Assembly (NCBI GenBank): GCA_964016885.1
Contig: OZ024741.1
Coordinates: forward strand, 90,210,001 to 90,274,000
DNA: 64,000 nucleotides
Direction of reading: 5' to 3'
DNA from: Eledone cirrhosa
Taxonomy: Eukaryota
Below are positions 53,045 through 64,000 of this stretch, piece by piece (the stretch's first letter is position 1; each line of letters begins with the position of its first letter). A program made the position numbers and the translations under genes. Under the pieces are notes generated by a model, which did no database searches, had not been told where the DNA came from, and worked only from the letters and a program-made list of their open reading frames with translations.

Positions 53045-53080
53045 TCTTCCGATGAAGGACTAGCGTCCGAAACGTTAAGA
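53045..53080 (+). ncRNA. Minimal hammerhead variant
   Basis: TCTT-CCGATGA-A-GGAC(TAGC)GTCC-GAAA-CG-TT-AAGA. Confidence 0.7.
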
Positions 53081-53160
53081 CCCTCTTCCTGCTATATCAA
53101 GCGTTAACCTAATATATCCCTTCTATATACTGTACCGATTGTGTTGTTATTTCTGTTTAC

Positions 53161-53197
<37 letters not shown>

Positions 53198-53738
53198 TAG
53201 AGGGCGCACAGGACAAAGAAAATGAAAATTAAAAAAAAACAACGGAAAGACGGACAGTCCCATCTCAGTCAACCTCTACGGTGTCGGTTATTCTACCGTT
53301 CATTCTACTCCACATCAAGACATAAGAAAACAAGTAGAGACAACTTATGCCTTTAGGCAAATTACACAAACATAGAGTGCCAAAGGAGAAAAAATATAGA
53401 AAGGAGAGAAATAGTAAAACAGAAAAGAATAATAAAGACTGTAGTCCAACGTGCAGACAAAGAAGAATACTGAGGCGTAAAATTGTGGACGCAGCATGGT
53501 CGAATCGTTAAGAAATTTGCTTCGCAGTCATTTTGTCCCAGGTTCAATAGCATGGCGTGACATTTCGGGCAAGTGTCATTTACCATATCCTCAGGCTGAC
53601 CCATGCTTTGTAAGTGATATTAGGTAGGCGGAAATTGTTTGAAACCCCTCGAGTGGATTGTGTCTGTAATTCCAAGGGATAGCCTTGATATCACGCTGAA
53701 TCTCCTTGAGAACTACGTATGTCTGTGTAATGTTCAGC

Positions 53739-56330
53739 CTTCTTCTTCTTCTTCTTCTTCTTCTTCTTCTTCTTCTTCATTCTTGAGTCATCCCACCATC
53801 GAGGGTGAAGAATGCACAAATTCTTACTCCAGACTTCCCGATCTCTCATCTCAGCAAGAAGATCCCGTCGAGTGAGACTAGTATCCCTCGCCAACAGAGT
53901 CCTGATGGTTATGTTTGGACGCCCAGCTCGGAGCTTTGCATCTGATTACCAGAAGAGCAGTTTCTCTGCAGGTTCACCCTGGCGGGAAATATGACCAGCA
54001 GCAGCCAAACGACGGGATAGAACTTAGTTGGTAGTGTGACTTTGCCACGAAATGTTGAACACCACACATAACATCTTGGTGTCGGAACCATCAAGTCCAG
54101 GTTTCTGAACCATATAGTGAGGTGGTTCCGACCGTAGCTTTGAAGACGTTGTACTTCGTAGATCTTGGGATGGGAGCTTTCCAGGCTTTTTGTAGTGAAT
54201 TTATTGCACTCTATGCTTGACTAATTCTGGTGGTCATATCATTCTTGAAACAGCTCAATAGATGAACCTTCCGAAGCATGTAGTGGACTGAGAATGGATG
54301 AATTCAAATGCATGACTTTAGTTTTTGAAGCATTGAAAAACAAACCCACTTCTTGGCAGACAATCTCGACACGATAGGGGAGGTCTTGAGCTGATTCTTC
54401 CAGAAGAGCGATGTCATCTGCTAAGTCAAGATCAGGGAGCACAATAGCTTGGTGATGGTGACTCCGACAACTCTTGATGGTTATACCATCAGTATTTGTG
54501 ATGGCTGTGCGAAGGGCGTAGTCCAAACATGTAAAAAGGAACGGAGCAAGTGGATCACCTTGCAAAACTGGACGGATTCTATTCAGCAAACAACCATTCT
54601 AGACCCTGGAGGCAATTTGAGCAAGATAAATGCCTCTGTAGTGAAGCGCATATCACGATTCTTTAAGATTGGATAACAGCTTCATTAAGTCGATTGCCAT
54701 TGTAAGTTTCAATGCATTGCGATGGGCCCTCTTCATCTTGGGGGTTTCTAGAACTCCGTTTGTAAGTCATCGAGACCAGGAGCTTTTTTCAATTTTCATT
54801 TGACGGACAGTTGAGTTGATTTCATCTCACGAGAACTCTTCTTGTTTGATGCTCCAACTACTGCTGAACTAATATCCCCATTAATAAGATCTTCGACGCG
54901 TTTAATAACATAGAAAAAACATTTTCAGCCACTCTCACGTTAATTTCATGATCAGGCAGTTCTATTAATGGAACAGTTGAAACACTCATTGTCTAAACCG
55001 ACTGAGTTCCATTCCATTACATTTCTAGGCATTTGGGGTTGGTTTAAAGCAGGGGTCTCAAACGAGCGGCAGAAGAATTTTCTTGACTGTTTCCTAAAAC
55101 TTGATAATTTGTCCCTCGCCCCTCCTTACTATTGCAGCAGCAGCAGTATTAAGCTTGACCTGCCAACTCAATGCGAATAGATAATCAATTTTAAAATCAA
55201 CCAGGGTCTAACCATGTTTATTTCCAGAGAAGTGTTGAACGTAATTTGATATTTCAGTCGCTTTCACTTCAAGATCCAAAGCTGAAATGTAGAAATATGT
55301 ATCCATTTCCTATACATTTAAAAACATTCCAAATAAGAACGTTAGTGAACTTTAAATTGGTTTGTTTCAAAGACCTATTATGATAGCGGGATAACTGAGA
55401 TTATTGGTAACTAACTCACTTAATAGAACTCAAGGAAATTATTTGTTCCTGAAAAGGGGTAGATTTGAAAATTTATATTAACATAGGGAAGGTATATCCG
55501 AGATGACACACATTACACACAAATAAAAATAATAGAAAATGTTTGAGAGCAGAGAATTAAATAAAAATAAATTTCGAAGACGTAATTTTTGCTCAACTAT
55601 GTAAGTGAAAAAAAAAAAAGTATCGATGATGTTAAAAAAAAAAAAGTGAATTGCCGAAGAGAACCAAAGTTTTCAAGAGAAGTGGGAATGTTTGTATTTT
55701 GTAATAGAGGGAAAGTATAACATACAATGCTTGATATGTCCGCATAATATTGCAGTACAAAAATAGTATAACATAAGGAGATATTACGAAACAAAAGTAA
55801 AAACGGAATTAAGGAAAATTTGTTCCACTACATTTTGTACTAATTCACATATGCCACGTACTATAATATGCGTATTCATTATGATGAACAAATTAATAGC
55901 AACCTATCAACTGTATGACAGATTAGCATTATAACTGATGCCCCCCCCCCCCCTTTTCAGTTTTGTCCCACCGTGCCTCTCCCTCAAGATATAATGGCCC
56001 TTTTGAACTTTTGAGTTCGCGACCCCTGTTTTAAAGACTTAGTCAGAAGACAAAGTCGCAGTGTCTTTGACCATTTTTAGAGTCTCTGCAACTGCTGCTG
56101 ATAGGAAGGGAATTTGTTATCTCCTGACTGGAGGCCTGGTCTGAATGCTTGCAACAGAGTGGACTCCTCTAAAGCATCCAGAAATTTGTTCCGTATAATA
56201 AACTTTGATCTTTTTGCTATTGTATCTAACAGATAGTGGGCGGCATTCACATGATACTTGAGCCAGCTGTAAACAGTTTCCTCCGTCTTTTATTTTCTTT
56301 AACTTTCTGAAATTCTTTATCGATACTCAA
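53739..56330 (-). mobile_element. Degenerate RTE-like LINE with (GAA)n tail, interrupted by a MITE
   Basis: VLQGDPLAPFLF...DLDLADDIALL...NASKTKVM. The 5' boundary is uncertain. Confidence 0.7.
55050..56028. mobile_element. hAT-type non-autonomous DNA transposon
   Basis: TIRs CAGGGGTCTCAAAC / GTTCGCGACCCCTG and 8-bp TSD GTTTAAAG/TTTTAAAG. Confidence 0.75.
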
Positions 56331-59321
56331 GGAAAGTTAACGAATTGGCAGAATCGTTAAAAGAAATATTTGTGATATTCATACTGGCTCTCAGCTCTCA
56401 GAGTTCAAATCCCGCTGAGGTCGATAAAAAAAGTACCAGTCGAGGCTTCCTCTATATCTCTTTCTCAGTTCCTCTTTATCATACTTTCTCTCTTTCTTTG
56501 GAAGAAATCAACTGTTTTCACACCTGTATGTTACAACAGCATCTAATAGACAACATTCTCAGGGAGATCTAGTCTGTTGTAAGAATCTTTCAAGTTTTTA
56601 CTATCAATGGAATATATTGTTTCTACCATCCAATCCTATTTATTGTAGAATTGCATTATGGGACACTGATTTGTAAGTGCCATATTCTCGCTGCCATATA
56701 TTCTTAAGTCTGGATTAATACCACCTCACTACTCAGTCTTTGTATGCAGTAACTATCGTATGGAATATTTTCCTTAACTACGACAGCCTTTATTGTTTGA
56801 ACAGAGTAATTATTAATGTTGATTTTTTTTCTCAGTCTACATCGTTATCTCCTTGAGATCTGACATTAATATACGGACGTATACATTGAAAGAAGCTCGC
56901 TCCTATTCAAAGGTAGTCATATTTCCTGTTTATGAATTTCACTGCAATATTTTAATTTCACATCTCTATTTTTGTGTATGCTAAAGCTAAATAACATTAA
57001 GTACTCAACAGACAATAGACACCATATTAACCTTTCCCCCAGAACCACTGTTATGTACACTTGTTTAAATATCAACTCCATCCATTCTTTCTCTCCAGCT
57101 TACCTTATTCAGTTTTAAATAAACATTTATCATACCAAATTCTCCCGCTCTCTACGTCTACCGCCCCCAAACTTTGGATAAACAAAACACTTGCTCTCAC
57201 CAAATTCCATCCCTATACCGTTCAAAAGCATCGTCTTTAAATAATTTATTATTATTATTTAGATGGTGTTCGAGTGGCAGAATTGCTCGGCTGTTGGAGA
57301 AAATGTCTTGATATTTCGTTTCATCACACTTGTGTTCTAGGTTAAAATCCAAACGAAGCGAACTTTCAATTCTTCAGAGTGTGGTCGATTAAATCAATTA
57401 AAATGTAAGCACTTTAAAACAAACAGTTTTGTATCACATAACTAGGTGCGATTTCAGACGGTTTATCCAAAGTGCTGAAATATTCACTGTACTGTAGATA
57501 AATTCTAATACACACGATGATCTGCGAGATCGTGGGTAACAGAGGTAATGTATCCTTACCTATGACCGCTACTAGATCAATGTAGCAGTTATGAATAATA
57601 GATCCAGGAAAAAAATCATAAGAAAACTTATTGATTTTATGTTTTTTTTTGTTCATTTAAGAAAGTAAATAAAACATGATTTTTTTTCTACATACGTTCT
57701 AATGTCAACATAGTGTCAAAGTACTAGTAATGCACTGGGTAATTGCTGGCCTTGTGCCTAAAGTAGAAACAATTATTGTATACAGACCATGTATTATCAA
57801 TTAATAAATGGTTTTAAATATTTGTTTAATTAGTTTTACGATTTATTTATTGTTTGAATGAAATGTAACCTAATTCTTATGGCTTTCCCACTTAGCTCTA
57901 CAATAAGGCAAGAAATGTTTGAAATTATTTTGAAGACTTTGCAACATTAGCGACAACTGTTTAATATTTTGAATTTTTGTTTTCAACTTGATAATTTTTC
58001 TGGTTCTTTCTTTACATTCTGAGTTCAAATCCTACCGAGGTCAAGTTTGTCTTTCATTCTTCCGAGGGTTGATTTAATCAACTTTACTTTTCATCCAAAA
58101 TGTGCTAAAAATAGAAATCAATATGGTAATCGCAGCAATTACTCTAGACTTGCATGATGTGTTCAGACTTGTTTGTAAATCAAGTTGTTAAACATAACTA
58201 AATGTGATGGCTTAGTGGTTAGGGATGTTGGGCTCGTGAGTTCGATTTTCGACGGTACGTTTTGCCCTTGAGCAAGGCACTTTATTTCGCGTTGCTCTAG
58301 TTCATTCAGCTGGCAAGACACAATTTGTGTCGCGCTGAATAGTCCTAAGAACTACGTCTATGGAATGTTCAGCCAGCCACACTTGCACGTTAATTTCACA
58401 AGCAGGCTGTTCTGTGGGTTAAACAACTTGAACACTCATCAGCGATGCCAAGAGAGGTCCAAAACACATACATAACCAATTTTTTTTTTTATTACTTCGC
58501 ACATTAACGACTACAACAGGCCTCTGGCTGTAGATCGCCGGACAAAATGCTTGAGTTCAAATCTCGCCGAGGTCAATTTTGTCTTTCATTCTTCTAGTTT
58601 CGATATAATAAATACCAGTAAACATTTTTTTTCCTATAAATTGTTGGCCTTGTGTCTAAATTAGAAATCATTAAAGATTGAAACGTGTTGGTAGCAGAAA
58701 CGTTATAGCACTTGAATAAATGTTTTACTTGCACGATCTGGGTTCAAATTCCACCTTGGTCGACCGTTATTAATTAATGGAATATCTTGTCAAACACACC
58801 AAATTCATTGCGTATACAATTCATACATATTACACCTAAAGAGTGGAGCCTCCCTCACCGACTCGTGTGTTTGTGTGTAAGCAGAAAATGCGAAATGAAT
58901 CCGACGAATACAAAATGCAAACACTGCACAAAATTAGGTTTACAACGACGCAAGCAGTGGGCAACTGCGCGTTAAAATAATCACGGCAGGACCCACTTTT
59001 TGAAACGCTCGTTTATTGGCCAATCTGACGCTACTATAAATAACTATAAACCCACCGTTCTACACTACTCTTACACCCAATTATTACAGTAGAATTTTAC
59101 ATCCCGTATTTTATATTTTGTTTTAATACATGTTATAAAAAGTGAGTATGATGTATGAGATGTTGCGTATGAAGGCGCGTAGCTCAGTGGTTAGTGTGTT
59201 CGACTCGGGATCTTGAGTTCGATTGCTGGAGACGCGTAGTGTTCCTGAGCAAGACATTTTATTTTCACGTTGCACAGTCACACAAATGCCGTTGTGGAGC
59301 CATGGTCAACATGTTCGGACT

Positions 59322-59810
59322 ACATCGGCTGTCTTTTCTCCACTGTACAGGTCGGTTTCCTCGGCACGTTACCTTGAACGACAACACAGAAGGCGCCTTG
59401 ACATACCCGATATCCCATCCAAATGGAGCCTATAAGTCTCGATCGGGTGAAAGCAAGCACTCAGACGTGATAACTTTGTTTCCGTTCGAAGGGTGTAAAT
59501 CTCTAATCTGGCACGCCACTTACTGCAGCACGTTCTCCAATTTCAATCTCTTCGCTTCGGTCATAAACTCGGGCACTGCCACCCGTAACTTAGAGGAGCG
59601 GAAAATAACCAACTACCGTGACTGGACCGACCGCTTTATTTGTGTGCCGGTTGCCATCTAGACATCCGGTGTTCTCGTTCCCCGGATTGATGTGTTTCTC
59701 CGCAAAATCAGGGGAAGAGGTAGCATCACGCCTGAGGGAGTTCCGTGAATTGGAATGTCTCATGGAGCATGTGTCACTCGCCGTTCTCCGCGACAACTAT
59801 GAATCTTCTC
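59322..59810 (+). pseudogene. CRE-clade retrotransposon zinc-knuckle/RLE fragment
   Basis: CTGRFPRHVTLND...KHSDVITLFPF..KSLIW...EERKITNY...VPVAI*TSGVL...VSLAVLRDN. Confidence 0.7.
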
Positions 59811-60046
59811 CCTCCCTACTCTCTCTCCTTCAAGAAGACATTGGATGTATTAAGACTAGAAAGGTGATGGGCTCAACGGTGCCTTTACGACTCCATCATG
59901 AATGAGTTACAGTCCACATGTACATACAGTATGTATATTTCTTTGTGCTAACAAATGCCGTTCTTACGATTAAACACTTAATTGAACAGAATGGATAACA
60001 AAGGGAGAAAAAATACTGAAATGATGGGGTGAAGGAGAGGGGGGGA

Positions 60047-60236
60047 CTACTACTACCACCACCACCCTACTACTACTACAACCACTATTACTACCACATC
60101 TGCCAACACTACTACTACTACCAGCGTCACCACCACTACCATCACTATTATTACTACTACTACTACCATTACTACCACATCTACCACCACCACCACCACC
60201 ACTACTACCACCACCACCACCACCACTACTACTACT
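60047..60236. repeat. (CAC/TAC)n trinucleotide repeat
   Basis: Direct reading. Confidence 0.9.
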
Positions 60237-61924
60237 CATTGGCAAAGTTCACTGTAAAATCTGCGTTTTTTCTCTTGTTATTTTTCTTTTTTTCTCATTT
60301 GTATTGTTTCGTGTTGTTTTTCAACTGATACCATTTGATCTCCCCCTCACACACTACCTGGAAATAATAGTGATGACAGGTCTCTCTTAAAAAGGAGATG
60401 TGCTAGTTATTGTGGTAAGAGATAAATAGATAGACAAAGAAAGCAGATAGTGAGGTAGGAATAGGTGTGTGTGCGCGCGCCCGTGTCAGTGTGTACATAT
60501 GTGTGCGTGTGTGTGTACTCACTAATACGTATACGTCAGCAAAAGGAGCTTGGGGAACACTTTGTTTACTACTACTACAAACTATCATTATAAACACCGC
60601 AAGGCATATATTTGCTGCTACACCTCCATTCATACACACGCGGAGCTGTGCGTGTGCGTGAAAACGTGGGGGTGGTGTACATTAATGCTATTAAGTGCAT
60701 GAGGTGACTCGGTACACTTTTATATAAAAACTGAGCTGGAAGGAAACGTGTCAGAAGTTTTGTGAATGTGTAAAAGCGATGCGTGGAATTATCTCCCTTC
60801 TTTTGTTTTTATAGTTTTAATATTCCGAGAGGAAGCTTTTGTCTGCTATTTGCTTGAATAATCTCTGTTGATCTGAGTTTTTCAACTCACTATTTGGCAT
60901 ATCAGTGCGGCAATTTGCAGAGCAGTTAAAATGTCAGATAGAATACTTGGCAGTATTTGTTCCGGCTCTCTGAGTTCAAATCAACTGATCCTTTCGAGGT
61001 CGATAAAAAAAAAAGTACCAATCCAGTATTGAGGTCAGTTCCTCCTCTATATCACTCTCTTTCCTTTACTGTTCAGACTTGGGGAGAGGGTGGTCTCCGC
61101 AAGGTTTAAAATGCCCAAGAAATGCCGTATGTCACTATGACGTCTCTCCACTCCAAAAGGAATTACGGATTCATATACACATATTACATATGTGAAACTC
61201 TACCGTAGGGACTCCCCAAACTTTTTACACTATTGACCCCTTCATAGAACCTTGCATCCTTTTCTACCCTTGTTATATACAATAATAAAATCAGCAAACA
61301 AAATATAAAAAAGACATTAAAGGCTAATTATATATAAATCAGAACACCTGCATAAGTTGTATTTTATTGTATTATTTTATGTCGTGGCTTGCCAGAATCC
61401 TAATACTGTCGGACCAAGTATTTTGAGGCATTTAGTTACGATCCTTTACTTTCTGAGTTCAAATCCTGCTGTGGTTAACTTTGCCTTTCATCCGCCCAGG
61501 GTCAACAAAATTACGTACCAGTCAAGTACTGAGGTCAATATAATCGACTTTCCCTACCGCCAATTAAAAAAAATTATTCCCAAAAAATTATTTTACAGAT
61601 TTTCAATTCTTATACAAATATCAAATTTTAGCCCAAAAGTTCAGTCGACCACACACCCCTGAGGGTCGATATTTGTACTCGGTGTGCAGAACAATTTCCC
61701 CGGGTCTCTCTCTGTCTTTCTGTACACTCATGCACATGTATAATTGTCAGATCAGAACAGGAGAACACTTTCAATTGGTTATGCAATTGTTGATACTATC
61801 TACCGGTCGCAACTCTTAGTTTTTAGAGTACGTGATTAAGGGAACACATAACTGGTTTTCGAAATAATCACCAAGATCACTAAATACCCACTGCATTTTT
61901 CGAAATTAATTTGACAGATGAGTT

Positions 61925-62350
61925 TACCAAGACACTGCTGTATTGCCAAGTCTCGCAATTACATACTTGGAATTCAACAGCTAAGAAGTGTTCAATGAGC
62001 ACTCGTTGAGGGCCATCCTGTAATTAAGAAGAGTGATGCATGTGGGTGAACCTATACAATTCATAAAAAAAAAACTTTAAATGTTTCATCGCTCAACTAC
62101 ATTGCACACATTCAAAGGCTCATCCTATTTGGAGACTTTTAGAAAAGTAAATGGAGCAGTTCTCAATATATATGAAACTTACCATCAGCTTGGATTACTT
62201 GATAATTCACAGTGGGACAACTCTCTCCGGGAAACAGAAGCAATACTCTCCTCCGCAAGCACGGGAGCCCTATTCATAATCATGTTTGCAGTTTGGTCAG
62301 CCCTGTTGAACTTGGCATGTCAGACGACACCTTAAAAAAACTTCAATTTG
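61925..62350 (+). pseudogene. Helitron RepHel fragment
   Basis: KG...ETFRKVNG...LGLLDNSQWDNSLRE...LF resembles the GP.SF..LRTV.G...GLL.DD.EW...L.EA region. Confidence 0.6.
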
Positions 62351-62667
62351 AAAATCCGACAATAAGATCACTTTTAATGATGTTTTGGTACGATTTGAAG
62401 ACAACGTTATCAAACTCATTAGGAAAAAAAACAGTTGGATATCTCAACCAAATAGAAATTCGCCTAATTTTTCATTGTCAGCATGGCCATGAAACCTTTC
62501 ATAATATGCATTTGTTTACAATATAAGATGCCGCAAATAAAGCCAACGATATAATTAAGCCAACAACCTGATGATATAATTGTGAATGTCAATACAGATA
62601 ATAATGAGGATTGTTATAATAGTAATAATAATGGTTTCTTTATTTATAATAATAATAATAATAATAA

Positions 62668-64000
62668 CAATGCTTTCTTTATTAATCACAAGGGTTTACA
62701 CAAAGTAAGACATTAAGGGCAGTACAGGACAATACAGGACGGTACAAATGGGCATTTCTGCGTCTAAAAAAAATACAAAAACAGAGGATGTAACAAAAAA
62801 AACAATGAAAAATTCCCCAATAGGGGGGAGACTTCCGAGGGCCATCGTGGAGAAAGCCCATTAAAAAAGCCGCGGTGACCCTGACCACCAGGGCAAGTGC
62901 CCTCTCCCACTTTTCCACCTTCAATTTACAGGCACTTACTCAGAGTAGGCCCATTTACTCGGGCCATTCTTGCCTCTCTCACCCATCTTTCAACAAAATG
63001 CTGGGAAGAGAGCACTTCTCTCTAATTTTCCTTTTCAAATGAAATTTGAAAAAGTTAATCAGGGCATCACCGAAGAGGCAAGTGCTCATCTTCAGCCCTT
63101 TCAGACGCGTCCACCATACTATCTCTTTTGCCATGGCCACCAGACAGATAAAAACTTCACGATGGCCTCAGCTGATAGCCGGATCCGTCCTTCACGCGAC
63201 AGCAGGTGTTCAACATAAACCCACAAGACAGAAATGCTCGGACACTGGAAGAGTGCGTGCAGGACGGTTTCGTCGCCCTGTGCGCATCTCAGACATGCCC
63301 GGCTGACGGCACTTCCATGCCTGTAGAGTTTATCCCGAACTGGCAAAGCCCCTCGGTAGTACTGCCAGGCCAGGGATTTCTGGAAGTTGTCCATGACCCC
63401 GGCCCGAAAGTTCTTCCGAAGAGATTGGCTAGTTGATTTTCGTCGACGCCTAGAGTTTCCCCAAGTACGTCGTCGCTCTTTCCCTCCACTAATCCTCTAT
63501 AGAAATCCAAGGTGGAGTTTCCACCGATCACATTGCCCGACTGGTCGAGGGCTGTGAGCGCCTGAAGACATTCCAGTCTCCAAGCGCTCCCTCTCGGTCT
63601 TCGCTTGACCCAGGACTACAGCTCCGTCAAGGAGACGAGCTGGGGAAAGACGCATCTAGCAAACGGTGACCACACCTGATCACCGTCGAGGAAGAGGTGA
63701 TGTCGTCGTAGCCTGAGCGCGTGTCTGCGCATCATCAGCCACGGCATGCCCATCCCTCCACGTAGCGGGTGTTGACAGCAGATGGACCGCCTTACCATCG
63801 GAGCGCGTCCCTTCCACAAAAAGCGAAGGAGCAAACGCTCCAGCGCAGTCGTGCGAGGCTTAGGACAAGTCACGACGGTCAGGCGGTAGTAGATGACTGA
63901 CGCGATGTACGCATTCGCCAACTCCGCTCGACCTTCCAGGGATAGCTTCCTCTCTGCCCATTTCTGGGTGAGAGAAGCCACCCTGCTCGTCACCTCGTCC
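62668..64000 (-). mobile_element. L1/Tx1-clade LINE 3' portion (RT C-terminus plus zinc finger), runs off the window
   Basis: W..RKLSLEGRA...FLWKG...P.RGGMG and CLRC....ETVLHALFQCP, with frameshifts. Confidence 0.88.

Noticed and set aside
47410-57656. Short complex segments (47410-47520, 49318-49500, 57414-57656) as host exons
   Set aside because: No recognisable protein motifs or consistent splice structure by eye.
59970-60328. Poly-His/Tyr and Gly/Ser ORFs
   Set aside because: Trinucleotide repeat with no other coding evidence.

Overview
Eukaryotic, AT-rich, repeat-dominated DNA. The SINE families and abundant (TA)n/(CA)n tracts suggest an octopus or other cephalopod (inference). No host protein-coding gene can be supported. 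The window is mostly Penelope-like retroelements (PLEs; RT plus C-terminal GIY-YIG endonuclease) of at least three types, inserted into (TA)n tracts and often carrying inverted pseudo-LTRs. It also holds RTE, RTE-X, CRE and Tx1 LINE remnants, Helitron pieces, hAT MITEs and many SINEs. More than 20 minimal type I hammerhead ribozyme (HHR) motifs of many sequence families can be read by eye. Two observations stand out. (1) The PLE at 815-4980 has patches of sense-strand A-to-G change (for example the catalytic YIG reads CMG), present in both its forward and inverted copies. This looks like an ADAR-hyperedited RNA written back into the genome. (2) Several 320-465 nt non-coding units carry an HHR and show head-to-tail junctions, and one starts exactly at its ribozyme cleavage site. 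Four units have an octamer (ATGCAAAT) about 90-100 nt upstream of the HHR core, like retrozyme or newt satellite-2 RNAs. All calls were made by eye and coordinates may be off by a few bases.
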